A stretch of DNA of 64,000 bases from Stylophora pistillata. Lineage: Eukaryota. Below the pieces are notes generated by a model. The model was not told the DNA's origin. It worked only from the letters and a program-made list of their open reading frames with translations, and ran no database searches. The position numbers and the translations under genes were made by a program. Where the stretch lies: positions 125,557-189,556 of the forward strand of contig NW_019218323.1 of assembly GCF_002571385.2 (NCBI RefSeq), given 5' to 3'. Shown here one piece after another: positions 27,201-41,486 of the stretch. Every line of letters begins with the position of its first letter. Position 1 is the first letter of the stretch.

Positions 27201-28858
27201 GAAAGGATCGGTCGCGAAAGAAAACCTGCGTGTCTATGAGAGGAAAGCAAACTTGAAGGCCTCCTTAGCTTTCAATCGCTATGAAGGGCATTTTCAGTAT
27301 TTGATGGGACTGTTTTGGTATTTAATACCCTTAGCATACGAGAATAATGAAGAACTGTTCAGTTTTCACCAAAAGATTACTCATTTACTATTGAGTGACC
27401 GCTCTACACAGGTTTTTCGATTATTGCAAACACCGCTGCACGCGCGATCCGATCGCTTACCAGAAAACAATAGCCCAACTATTCCTCAGAAATTTAAAAC
27501 TTGGAGAGCAATACGGATCAAAATACAGAGGTCTTCAAAGAAAGCTGTACTCCCGATGACCTTATATTGACGATAAAACAAATACTTCAGCAATCGCAAT
27601 AGACACACTTCGCAAAAATGCAAATTAGCAAAAAAGCAAGTCGGTGATGCAAATGAAATTAGGATTACCTTTATCAGCACCGTTTTCCCTTACTATTTGT
27701 ACCGCAAGTTTACTCATTATTCCACTCTGGAATGAGACGAGAGGCTAGCAAAGGTCGTGGATAGTGAGCAGTGGACATGATTAGCGAATTAAAATTAAAT
27801 AGCCGATACTAAAATCATTTTCTCGTAGGAGCAAGGGAAAGTCTCGATATTTGCATAAGAAGCGGTACGCTTGATCAGTAATTTAAAATCCCTAAGCATA
27901 AAATCGAGCTTACTTTAGAGTGATAACCCAACTAGAAACCACAAAATTCTTTAAATAATTTAGTTTAACCTAGTCTTTCGTACATTTATGACGATTCTTT
28001 ACAATAAACTGCTGCTAGCAGTAGGCACAATGGCCTATTTTGATAAGTAAGCTTACTGCCATCCTGTGTATCAGCGAAAATTGCAAACTATGAATCCATG
28101 ATCACAATATTAAACTTCAATAAGACTGCAGTAAGACTATTTCGGTAATGAAGGAAAACTAATCACGCGTGCAAAGAGAAATATTGAAAAGTCAATTCGA
28201 ACCTTGGTACTCGGAAATTTTGTGTAGCATTTCGAACACAATGCATTTTAATAGATCCCCGCGAGAACTGTTTACAACTCTCTCCTGACCCAACACAAAG
28301 ACAAATTGAAATCCTGTGTGTGCCGTCTTACATGGGCTTAAGGACACAACTGAAGCTAAGACGTCACCAATTGGCTCTCGAATTTTTTTATATACTCTCT
28401 GAGGAAAGGGTGGCGAAATTAAAACAGCAAAATATATGGTGATTTTGATGCGATCACTCAAACAAAATGCACGAGATGGTTAGGTTGGAACGTTAACTCA
28501 TCCCGGATTCTTTTCTTTAAATACGAGTCACCGCTATGTTTATATGTCTTCCTAACGGTATACACGGGTCAGAAACTCCTCACAATGCTACAATAAAAAC
28601 CCGCTATAGCTGCTTTTAGAGGCACTTTACCAAATAACTACAAAGAGGCAAATTTAAGTTCAAAGCCGAGCCGCGCCGCGGCTGGCGAAAGTCGAAGCGA
28701 AGACCGCTGTAGCCCGCAACATTACACCACAGTTCTAACTCTTTGAAATTCAAAGCGCCAGAACCTTTCGAAACTAGCTCTATACAATAAATTATTCACT
28801 TAAATTCTCTGATAACTTATACATCATCGAACATTAAACAAGAAGAATGAAAACTTAC

Positions 28859-29380
28859 GTTGTAAAACATCACGTTGTAGGTGAAATGTCTCAATCCAAT
28901 TTTCGAGTAAAATCCTTTCGAAAGCAAAGTTCCTATTTCCCAAAATAATTCACATCATTCTGGAAAAATGATCCCTCGTTATTATCCGCTATATCCCGAA
29001 CACAAAATGTCCAATTATTGCCAAACTCTACGCTTGAAACCTTTAAATTTGTTCAATATAGAACGTCGAGGAGCTTCGCCCGGTCAGGCTTTCCAGACAA
29101 AAAAGCCAAGTTTCATTGTAAATGACACACATGCAATCCAAGTGATTGGATGTCAGATATCCACCAATCAAACACGTCCTGAAATGTACCGCATTGTCAA
29201 TCACCCGCCAACACGAAATCACCCGCGCTTTAGAATTTCCGGTCAAATCACCTAGAACACTTGTAAAACACCACAAAAATAGAAGTAATAAGGGCCAGAT
29301 TACGCCGTGCTTAGGTAAAAGGAGATCCTGAAAGTGGACGAGCACGAAATTCTTCGCTACCTCGAGCGTGAATTTTGGGG
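28859..29380 (-). other. Candidate first (5' UTR) exon of ZMIZ; 5' end approximate
   Basis: Consensus donor AC|GTAAGT at 28859/28858 inside a CpG-rich region just downstream of a motif-rich promoter. Confidence 0.45.
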
Positions 29381-29409
29381 GAGAATCTCAAAAATAGGAC
29401 AAGTGGTGA

Positions 29410-29660
29410 CAAGTTGACGTTGTTTCGTCATTATTTTTATTGACCACACGTGACGTGGTCCTCATTGGACAAGATATATGCAGATTGATAAACAATAGTG
29501 AACAAGGAGGCCATTGAGATGAACAAAGGTTGAAATCGCACTATCCAATGGAACGAGGCGGTGGTGGCTTTAGAATGATAAAAGCAACACACGCGTGATG
29601 CGAATTTTGATTTTCGCACATTTTGGCGTGACAGTGATTTGACGACACCGCACGCTAAAC
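29410..29660 (-). promoter_or_regulatory. Candidate ZMIZ promoter
   Basis: CACGTG overlapping TGACGTG at 29447-29457, ATTGG at 29464, CCAAT at 29545; CpG-rich context. Confidence 0.45.
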
Positions 29661-32600
29661 GTAAAAGGGATTTGTCTCGAACTTGAATGTATCTGAGTAA
29701 CACTGACGCAAATATCTAAACAGTCTTCGTTTATTTTTAGCTTAATCTCCGAAATGAAAGATATCTTTCCCTTGATACAAAAGCTCGAAACATACTTATA
29801 GACCCCTGTTACAGAATTAGAACAACAACGATCAAACCCGCCGCTGTGAAAAGATAACTGGGATCAATGATAAATCAATCAGTAATACGATGAAATCGAC
29901 ATCGTTTTAAAATAGATATGATCACGCAACAGAGGAGGGTTGAGTATACGTGGGAATGGCATCTCCTACACTATTTCATGATTCAGCTAAAGCAACAAAA
30001 CAGGATGCAAAGTGCACGTACGTATACGTCAAGGCATACATATTACTACACGTAAGTATCCGCTTTTGTAGATCTCTTGAGACAATCTCTAAGAAACCGC
30101 GAATGTTTCGATGAGCAAACACTTATGAGGAAGCATGCGATCCCCCTTTTTAGTCAAAATAGAAAGAGGTGGAATAGGTGTATATGTGCCAAGAGTCATG
30201 CGTGTTGACAAAAGAACTAAGAGAGTGAGTCGAGTAAACAAACTCGTGACAGCTGACATCGGCAGTTGTTCATCTTCAATTGAAAGCCAGTGATATTTTC
30301 TCTGGCAACCGTTATTTCTTTATTTTGAATTTTGGAAAAAAGATGAACAAGAACACGTTAAGCCAAACACGACCAACTGCAAGCATAAATCTGCGTCTAA
30401 TAACAAAAAAAATTAAAATGACTCAACCACGATAGCCGTTTTACTTCGAATTACCTTGGCGAAAACAACAAAAAACACTTGTGTATTGAGTGATTAACTT
30501 AAAAATCGACAAAATATTATGCGATGAAAAACAACTGGTAGTGTTGCTCTAATCGCAAGATTCTAGACGTTGAAAACACTTGGCCCTTGCAAGCCTCTAG
30601 GCGTTCAAAACACTTGGCCCGATAAGGAATAAACTCAAAGGCTTTCCGATCCAAAATTAAGACAAATTGCACGAAATTTCGAACATTTAGACAGCTATGA
30701 AAACTGTATGCTGTTTGTCTTATTTAAAAAGCCATGTTCCTCATTTAATGAGGTACATTTTTTTTCCTTCATTCTATTTAATTTTTAATTTTTTTTTCAT
30801 CCGTTAACGTGACCGGAAGGAAAGAGAATTTTCAAGTGTCCGAATCATTTCAAGGTGGGGTCGGCATTCGAACCAAACGTAACTGCGCGCAAGCCCGGCG
30901 TAACATTTAATTGCCGGCTCCTCGCTGGTTTCCTCCGTCAGCCAGTTTCGATTCATCTCTCAAGTTTTCACCGGTAGGACCGCAACGACAATTGGGAACC
31001 TTTTCGTAAGTTGAAAATGGCGTGACTTTGTTGGGTAAAATGAAATGGCCTTCTCAGACAATGGAGTAATATTTTGTAGTATTCAATGGGTTCGTTATCT
31101 GACGTTGGGCACCGTTCAGACTTGTTGACAATTAAAACAGACATAAATTACTAGATTTGCGTGCTAAATATTACAATTTTTTCAAATTGTGAATAGCCAT
31201 CCCCAGGATTAATAAAAACAGAGTGGAGATAAATCAAACAAGGTGTTGCTAAAAGGTAAACAGAGGCTGGATTCTTGAATTATTGGCTTTAAGAGATGGG
31301 TACGCTGCAAATACAGTATACACATTTTCGTCACAGTTTTGTTGCACGAAAAGAATACGAATTTACTTCATTGTCCAATCTACAATACGCCTGCATTTGT
31401 AAATGTCAAACGAATGTTACCAAGGAATTTTGCTCCAAAGGACTTCACGCGCTCAGGTTTGTGAAAGTAGGCGGTACAATGTCACGATTAAGTCACGGCC
31501 GGCGCGTTAAGACGGTTGCAGCGCCCTGCATACACGTTGCCTCTGAAGGTGTGGCATAATTGGTAAGTATACCCACCATGCATACAACTATCTGAAGCTG
31601 TTTGTTTGTTTGTTTGTTTGTTTGTTGGTGTGTGTTAATTGTGACGGTGAGCAGAGATCACTTGTAAAAAAAGAGAAAGAATCCAAATTAGACATTTATC
31701 TTACTCAAGGTATCAAACTGGCTGACAATTTCAGCGTAAAAGGACATCAATTCTTCCGTCATTTGACCGCGCGCGCGAATAGCTTTAAGACTGAAAACTG
31801 ATCTGATCGTTTTTCCCGTTGCCATTAAAATAACTGACAAAATATACACAGTTTCCTTTTCTGTTGGTAACACTCGTAGATTGATTTGTTGAAAAACCTA
31901 GAGATACATCCCTTTAAAAAGTTACTCCGTTAATATTGTTTCAATATGACACAGCGCGAATCAAGGAGAAAAAAAAAGAGATTTTAAATTGTCGTCAGAA
32001 AGATCACATCCATCCATGCGAGACCTACTGTTATTGTTCAGTTATCAATCAACGGTATTCAAAAAGAGAACTTTAGAACTTTAAATATTTAAAAAGAAAG
32101 CTGTAATCGTGTATCAATTACTGGAGTTATACATGAATTCTGTACAACTCATTACCTAAGAAGACAACCGTCGAAAATTTCCTTTCTCGAGTGTTCTGTC
32201 CAACTTGGCAAACGTAAATCAGGCGATGAATAAAGAATTTGATACAACTCCCCATCCACACAAGTAGACCCATGAGCCATGTATATAGGTAAAGAGCAAA
32301 CTCCCTTATGGTAAACTTGAATATCTTAAATCAGAGAAAGAATACAAATAAAGAAGCCGGATAAAAGTACATTTTCTCGATTGGCCCACCTCGCGATCTC
32401 TCCATTGATTCAAGCACCTTTCCTTCGAAGCTATCGGTAGGTAATTTCTCCGTGAAAGACTTTCTTGACGAGAAAATGTGCCCGTGAGTTAGGTAACTTT
32501 TTGGTCTTCAACTAGGCAAATCTAATTTCCCGCTAACAAGATAGCCAAACTAACACATTTGCGGCGCTATTCTTGAATTCTAATGCTTGCTTCGTAAGTC

Positions 32601-35600
32601 GCATAAAACGATTTTGTTTTTTATACAGAATAGTTTTATTTAGGGGGAATGATTATTTTTATGGTCGCAAGAAAAACGGAGGCGAAACCTGCGTGCAAGA
32701 GTTGCGAAAGATATGGCCTTTTGACGCGAAAAGCAAAATAACGCACACAAAATATACAATATCAGGTGAAAGTTAATTGCGACGAATTTCATTTACAGAC
32801 AAACTCCGCTTGTGTCTAACGCTGAATAATTAGACAACCCTAGAGTCTCTTTCTTAGCATTTAAATACGTTCACCTCGGGTGAAATCTCGCAAAAAAAAT
32901 TAACCGATCTCCAACAGCACTTTTCTCTGCTTCCCTAGAAAGTCCATTGTCGAGCACTCCCCGAGGTTTGCGACAAGTCAATAAAGATTATTTCTATGCC
33001 TGGACTCTCGCACGAGCGGAATATTTAAATTGCCTTTCGTTTTAATGCGGCGGGAAACGTATTGCCAGTCAATTTCTTTGAAGTGATTCAGCATTACTTT
33101 TGGTTGGCTTACCTGCGCTGGCTATTCCGGTGGTTTCCAAATCTATGTATTCAAGCTCCATCCGCAGTGAAATTCACCTACCTACAAACAAAGTAAATTT
33201 GAAAATTTATCTTTAATGTTAATTAATTCAAAAATAGATTAGGTTGTCAGGTAAGGCATAAAATTTTCATGCATACATGTCATCAATTTAGCTATTGAAA
33301 ACAGCTGAAACTTTTCGTTTTCGCTATTTTATTTTGGAAGGATAATTTTTAATCACGATTCCGCAAACTAACGTTTTTGCATGAAGTCTAGTCGGTTCTA
33401 CATAAGGTGTCCTGACTAAACAATCACTTTTTATGACCACAATTTTGCATAGAGGGAATCTTCATGTCGGGAAAATGTGGATTGTGCGTTTTTTTGGTCG
33501 AAAGCTGCAGAAACGTTCATTTCATTTTCTACAGCGACTGAGTGAAATTGACCCCGTTCTAGATCTTCATTAATATAGTAAATGAGGATTGCGATAACTG
33601 AACGAGCCAGAGGGGAAATTATTGATATTCTGCCTTTGCTATTCGCCTTAAACAGCAAAACGCCGAATGTTAACATTCACACTGGAGGCCGTTTGATCGG
33701 GTCACTTCCATGAGTAAACATTAAAGCTAAAAGGCGCGGGTAATACCAAACCATTAACTGGAGGGGAGAGAAACATTCATGAACCTTCTTGTAACGTACA
33801 GTTCTTAGGTCACGGCCTGGACAACTTAAAATTAAAAGACTTCATTTTTCGTTCGTTAATCTGTAATCGATGTAAATCTTTCCTACATCTAACCATTCTC
33901 CTGTTTTTCAGGTGGTTTCGTGTTACCCTTGTGGTGTAAACATTAATTTAAGGTTTTATTATAATCGGAAAAAGCTTCTTGTCGATTACCAAAATAACCT
34001 AAAATATCCTGATAAATTCCCTTTCAAGACTCAAGATGGTACAGAAAATAACGTGTTAAAAACCTGTGCATGCAGACTTCGGCCAGACGAATGGAGTTGA
34101 GATTACGCTTACGTTCCCGCTACAAAATTTACTATATTTCCTGGTGATAACTGTAAAAACACTGACGGTCGTAAGTTATTGTTCTTTTAGCAGCGGTTCT
34201 TAGGGCAAACAAAAATTGTCAGCTGCCCTTAACAGTGACTGAAAACAACCCTGCAGGAAATTGTAGTTTGATCTGCAAGTTTATTCTGATTGAAACATTG
34301 TTTAAAAATCATACCAGCCGCAAAGAAATATTGGTTTCACAACATGGAGTTTGCGAAGATACCATAAACGTTTTTCCGCAAGCCTCTTTCTTTTAATCTT
34401 GGTAACAAGAACAGGGTAAACACAAGATGAGAAGTGTGATGAAAAGAAATTTTCCTTGCAGGTTTTGCATCTGAAATTCTTCAGATAATTGTTTAAGTAA
34501 TATAAACAAATTTTCACAACAAAACATCTGCGAATTTCGCAATATATTTTCCACTGATTTTGTAACCTTACCAGACAATTTTTATTTTGCCTCCAGTAAT
34601 GCACAATCTCTAAATAACGCCAATTTTTTTCTTCAAATCGTTTAGATAAGACATGTTTTTCTTTCTGGGTAGACTAAAAGAAAAAAATATTCATTAATTT
34701 AATGAATGGTTCACTTATTCAAATCACACACAAAAAAATGAATTCATTTTTCAATTTTTTTTTCTTACGCGCTCCTTATCCCTAATCGTTCATCTTTAAA
34801 AAGAAGGCGGGTGATTTGTGTCTCTTAGCCAATCAGAAAACAGTTTTTTTTTAGCGCGTGCTTGATTGACATTGTAACACCACAATAGGTTTCTTCAATG
34901 TTTTGATCTTATTCGAAAGCTAATATTGAAACTTGTTTTCTCGTGGGCACTGAGTATCTTTTATGTGGTTTACCAATGTTTCCTATAGTGAGAAGGTAAC
35001 CATATCTTATTTAAAAAAATAATTGTATACTAGTCGGAAAAATAAAAGAATTTAAAAAAAAAAAAAGCGGTTATGCTTTCGGGAGCAGCGGCTGATCCCG
35101 TGGCCGTTGATGATTTGATGCCGGCAAAGCTGCCTTATTTTCCTGTAGTGACGCAACCGAAGAGGCTTTCACATTGGCGTTTTGAAGTTTCTAGCCTTGC
35201 TGAATTATCTATAATTTCAGTTTACCTAAACATATAATTTTGAAGAAGGTGATTTATAGTGTATTCAAAAGAGCTATTATCACTGACAACACAAATTATT
35301 TACTTTTCGTGAAAAAGGTAAAAACGTAATAAAAATCCCACTACCACAAAACCAGATTGCCAAGCGACACCTTTAAGATTCTAAATTCTAACAAAAAAAA
35401 TACAAATTATCACAAATGCAAGTGTGATCGTCAAATATCGCAACGTTTGTGAGAACCACGTACAAAGGTTGCTATTTCTAAGAAAAAATGAAACAAAGCA
35501 TTACAGTTTATTCCTTTGCCAAGAACGCGTAGCCTAGTAACTGCACAAGCAATACTATAGTGTTAGGATTGGATCATGAATTTCGCAATTTGTCGTGGCG

Positions 35601-38600
35601 CGCTTAGGTTGGTTTTCACACTAACAGTGTTTACATTTCCCTGACGACAGAGTAACTGAAAATTAAGGAAGCTATCATTACAAACTAGTGTACATTAAAC
35701 AACAAACTTGTGCCTTTCTGGTGGACGGGATCCATACCTTGGAAGAGGTGCGATTGGATAACTCGTAAAAAATAACCTGCTCCGTAGGCGCAGACGCTAT
35801 AATTTGCTGTTGTATTTTACAACTTGAAAAATTGAGCGATAACCTTTATCGTTGACAAGCCCTGGTCACTCGTAGATCGCGCGTACAGCTGTGAAGAACT
35901 CTGTGATCATCTGGATACAATGAGAAAGGGAATCTATCTTGGCTTCGTATAATTCATGTTTTTGCGACGCCCCCTTTATTTGCATAAAAAGGGACAGTTG
36001 GTACAAACAGCGAATGGCAAAGCGGCTAACAACGTCTTGATTTTTTATGCATTTGAAAAGAAGCTGTTGTTTTCTTTTTCTCGGGATATGAGGTGGGCGG
36101 GATATATACCCTACTTAAGGGTTGCTACTAACCAGAAAATCAGTCGCTTGACCGTACGACCTTTAAGTTTGACAACTTTTCTTATAAAAACCAGCAAATT
36201 GCAGGAGCAAAAAAACTCTAACTTTTGGAAAAATAATTTTTTAAAAAGACAATGGTTCTATTTACTGAAGTAAATTTCTAAGCAAACACAAATCTTATTA
36301 TCGTCCTGAAAATTGGCACCCAAAGAATTTTTTTAATAACAATACATTCTTTCATGTTTCCAGAATAGTCTGGCTGAAGTCACTTGTAACATGTGGAAAT
36401 AACTCGGATTGAAAAATGAGTTAGCTTTAGTGATGAAATATATAAGATCGCAAGCGTTGACTTTATCATACAGGATGTAGGTCAATAACACATCGATAAC
36501 ATTTAATTCGGGAGTAAAAACACCTTCAAATATTAAAGATTACCAAAAATCTCGTGGAAAAGAAAATCATTCGTGACACAAAATCCATCTTCAAGAGAGT
36601 AACAACAAGGACTTGAGTTGTCGTTGTTACTAGTGATCTGATTATGACGTGGTCGCTAAGTAAGAAATACGCTTAAACCTCTTTGAAGTTTATCTGATTT
36701 GGTCGTCATGTGAGCGAGCGATCCACTGATAGCAGAAAACGGTATTATCATTTAGTTAGGGCACATCTAAAATTCTGTGTTGAAACTTTTCAGGAGCATA
36801 GTTGTAAGCTTAAAGTACTTCTAGCTTAGTTCTTAGGCATCTGCCGGCCAGCACCTCATTCCGTGCCATTTGCTGGTAGTAAACAAGTACCTTCCTCCAC
36901 TTCAAAGAGCCATTTGATTGTTGAACTTTAATTCTCGCTAACGTTTTTTTTCTCGTTTTTAATATCATTCTTGCAGACATCCTATTAGAGACTTACTGCG
37001 TTATGCTAATTTCTATCTTAATTGAAAGCTGGATTTGTTGTGAAATGTTGTAAACAAAGTAATAATATCCACCCTCGTTTACCTATTTTATTCCTTCATT
37101 TATTCAGCCCCTCGCTTGTTTCTTAAGTCAAAATTGGTTCTCCCATTCAAAAAGCTGTAGATCTTCTGATTTTGCGCAAAGAGGAGAGTTTCGTGAACAA
37201 ACAAGGCCAAACAAATGCTCCCACTTGTAAAGTGCAGTTTGTACTGAGCATGAGTTCTGAACAACCATTTTCAAGAATATTCGAAAGCGCGCGATCGTAG
37301 GGTGTCTGTGTAGACGAATATGTATGAAAGAACTGATTCGCTGTTTCTTTCCGTCGTCATCAAAGCGTATCTATATCTGGAAGCTATACCTTACGGTAAA
37401 CGAAGAGACAAGGAAGTGGTCTTCAACCAAGTATGACTTTGTGTCCTCACAAAGATATGTACACATAAAGGAGCAAGTCCAGCGCATTGTATTAATCTTG
37501 TTAAAAGGGTGTGATGGGTTACAACAGATAACGCTGACCAAAAGAGTCTCGCCCTCTGCTTTTTCTTTAGGCTGGCTGCTTGCGTAGTGTGCTTGTATTC
37601 ATAACAACTGATGCTCAGATGTTTAAATGCCACATCAAACTTTGTGCTTCACTTTTTTTTCCTGTGTCTCCGAGGATTAAACACTCCTTAAGTCTACGTG
37701 AAAGATAATATTGATCATAAACAACAGGAAAGACTGAGGCTAAGATCACCGCATTGTTCCTTCTCCTTAGAAAGTAAATTTACCACTAAATTCTGTCAAA
37801 TTTTGACCCTTCGCATTCAGTGATATGAGCTATTTGCATGGGAAAATGTTGCGGACTTAGTCGCTCAGCAGTACTGAGTGGCTACGAATAACTTAAAGGC
37901 ACTCTGTCAAAATTAACTCGCCAATTTCTCCTGAAACTGAATACAGAAGGGAAACAAAGAAGAAGCCTATTTCACGATGACAGAGTGGAAAATAACCAGG
38001 CACTTTGATTTCACTTATTCTGACGGATGCAAGCCACCAGAGGAGAAATGGCGCCTTGAGCCATGCACAACAGTGCATAACATTTAACTGTAATGAAAAA
38101 AAAAAAGCTCAAGAAAGAGTCGTATTAAGCAGGTTGAGTGGTTAGCAAAAACATGCCGAGGTCTAGTAGGTGTATTTCTCTTAAAACGGTATTTGCGTAG
38201 GTGTTTTTCTGTCATTATGTCTTTGATATGAAATTGAAGTTGGGAAACATTAATGAAGAGCTTGTGCTTGCGAAGGTGCGAAAACCGAAGAGTGACCCTC
38301 TCATCAAGTTTTCCACTCCTCTCAAAAAAGACAATCTACTGCTCAATGAACAAATAAGCGAAACAAATTCCATGGTTGAAAACTAGGGGAAAATCAACGG
38401 AACCATCCTTAAGTTAAAACCTGTGTTAAAGTCGAGGCTCGATCGTAGCACCGAACAAGGAACAAAAATATTCGAATTCAGTAGACTTACTCCGTACCAC
38501 TATGACTCAGTGTCTTTCTTAACGTTCAACTGTTATGGAAATTGAAGGTCAATTTTCTGTCAAATATTCCTTTAAGTCTCATGAATACACAAGAGTAGAA

Positions 38601-40583
38601 TGAGCGAAGAGGAAGACCACGTTTTAATCCAAAAAAGTTAGGTTACAGTCCGTGTCCATTGAATTAAAAGTCATGAAACACCCCTGTTATACACTTTGAA
38701 AAGGATAAAAATTGGTTGACTGTATTGAATTATGCATAAAGTAAAAGACTTTGAAAAGTCGCTTATTAAATATGCGAACAGGAAATAGGCCATTGTTCAC
38801 AACTGACTAAAGCGACAACCTGGCTTTGCCAGAGTAATGCGCATAGGTAAATTAACGATTTGGTTGAAATACGCTCCATAAAAACACGACGAAATAAAAC
38901 TTCCCACTCTACGAAATGGTCCTTTTCTTGACACACTTTCAACAAGTCCAAGCCAGTAGCGTGGACAGAGCGAAGATTTATTCCAACGTAAGCCTTAAAG
39001 ATTTGGTACGTTAGTGTTCTATTTAGAAAATTTACGAGAGTCGGTGCCAATTCGATTCACGACACGATTGTAAAACGTTTTAGTATTCCTTGGGCCCATA
39101 CTGAAACAAAACATACATAATTACGCAGAAACGATAGCGGTCGGTTAAGATTCAAAACACACAATCTCTTCAAGATCTAACCAACTATGTTAGTTGACTA
39201 CAACAATATTAGGAGAACGTAAACAAGCTTTCACAGGTTGGAGTTGAGTTAATGTCGAATTGACATCGAATTCGATTCACGTCGTTAAGTACATGTTGGG
39301 GTATCAGGGCTTACATTAAGTTACCTCTTGCGTGCTTTCCAAGTGATTCAAAGACATCGATCAGCTGCGACAACGACCATATTAATCTTGTAATAACCAC
39401 ACAAAATCAAAGTTCTCCTCCCCTCAGGTGGATACCAAACATTTGATTTCTGCGCTAATACACAAGGCATACCTTTTGTTTAGAAGCCACCACTCACAAA
39501 TGCGACCGCTGCGGCCAATGAACAAAGCCCTTAATCAAATAGGCTTTCAAGGTTTTTCAAAAGCTAAAGAATCAACGCTTAGCTGATATTGTGACAGCGA
39601 TTGTAATCGAGCAATCTTCGCCTTGATGTTAATGAGGCGAGATTTTGGTACAACGAAAAGCTACACAGTGACTCTTTTCCTACTTACACGATATGGCTTG
39701 AATGTCATTTCATCACAAAAAATTACGCTTGAAATGTTTCAACTCGAAGGTACGAAGAAAGAATCCGTCGATTGAATGATCTCAACAAGAAGACATGAAT
39801 TTTTCTATTCGATTTCAATTTTCACATGCACAAAGAGGCTAATTACAAAGCACTTAAACAATTACTTGAATTCTTTCCACCTTGTTAACTTTTTAACTTT
39901 CCCGTATTGTTTATCTGTTCTCATTCTGTTCCCCAGAGCTTACCTTAATCGAGAGAGGTACAAAAAAAAATTATAATAATCCGTACAAAACAGTTAATTG
40001 AATATCACTTGTATGACGTGAAACGGTACATCGTCAAAATAGGTGGTGAAAATCTACTGATACTCAATATCAGGTGAACTTTCATTTTCACACGATATTC
40101 AACCAGTTGGAATTTTTTTTGAGGGTTTTGTTTCCTTGAGCTTTTTCAGAGTTCAGCAGATCTATGTAATTTGTGTGGAAGCGGTTACTTCTGGTCAAGT
40201 TGTCTTTGAGGTGTACAGTATCACTAGCAAAAGTGATGAGCACTCGAACTCTCCTCAAAGATGCTTGTACATTCGCCTATGAGTGGGCAATGAGAATTAG
40301 ACAAGTTATCAACTAAAGAATAACATTTTGGATTTAAAACACCACCTTCTCATCAGCAGATAACATAAAATTTCTTTGCCATTTGTTAGTTATCTGAACT
40401 CGGGTTTCAAAACCAATGCACTTTTTCTCCGTCATCCTTTCTCGGAGAAGCAATAAATTATCGCAGTGACAACTTTCGTTATTCATTTAACAGTAATTAC
40501 AATATCATCCAGCACATCCCTCAAGACATATGTCGTTAATCAGTTTAACGACATATGATTTGTTTCATCTTCTTGCCCAAAGA

Positions 40584-40631
40584 TAGACTAAGAGCAGTCC
40601 CGTCGCGCGACCAAGAAAAAGTCAGTGATAG

Positions 40632-40665
<34 letters not shown>

Positions 40666-40821
40666 AGAGAGAATTGATATTAGCGCGCCGCGCCGAACTA
40701 CGGGAATGAAGCGCACAAAATGTTCTGCGGAGCGCGCTTAAATCAATTTTTTTTGCTCTGATTTTTTAATTCACACGACACAGACTTCGCTGTAAAGGAG
40801 CGACTGCCGGCCTGAAGTCTA
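40584..40821. mobile_element. MITE with TAGACT...AGTCTA termini and an internal A-run
   Basis: Left end TAGACTAAGAGCAGTCCC, right end GCGACTGC...AGTCTA (imperfect TIR); ~31-nt poly-A at 40632-40662. Confidence 0.55.
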
Positions 40822-41426
40822 AAGCAAGTCTTATTTCATGGAAAAAAAACTATGTATATTGTTTTGGTGTTAGGTAACAAAAATGTAAGCCTCTCAAGCA
40901 TGCTTTATTTTAACATTTGCCTCACAATTTACAAAGCGTTACTGCCCCCGAAAAACTCCTAACCCAACTAGTAATCCATTTGTGCGCGTTGGACAGTTCT
41001 TCAACAATCGGTTATGTTTACTGTAGTTTTCTCTGAGAAACTATTACCTCGAGTAAATGAAGAGCAACCAGCACGAAAGATTTATCTAAATATCAACAGA
41101 CCCATGTCCCTTAACTCTTACACAGTCTTAGAAAGTAGAATGCAGCTTGATACTGAGCTAGGTTGTGGCGTATTGGACAGAAAATATCCATCAATAAATG
41201 TATTTTATTTGTACTTTGACTTTCAAGAAAAACATGAGTTTACAGAAGTCCGAAAATCAGACTGGCGTGCGACCGAAAAGTTTTCGCGAGCGAACCAGTG
41301 ATTAGGACTCTAATCGTAGTTTCACTTCGAATGCACTTGCTGATCTTTGCGGATAATCTGTTTGTCTCAGACGAAACAAGTTGTAAGATGAGATCCTGGC
41401 CTGCTCCTTCTTTTTGTAATCAAATG

Positions 41427-41486
41427 CAGTGGGGTGACCAGTGGGGTGACCAGTGGAGTGACCAGTGGGGTGACCAGTGGGGTGAC
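41427..41486. repeat. Tandem repeat, 5 x 12 bp (CAGTGGGGTGAC)
   Basis: Four exact units and one with a G>A change. Confidence 0.95.
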
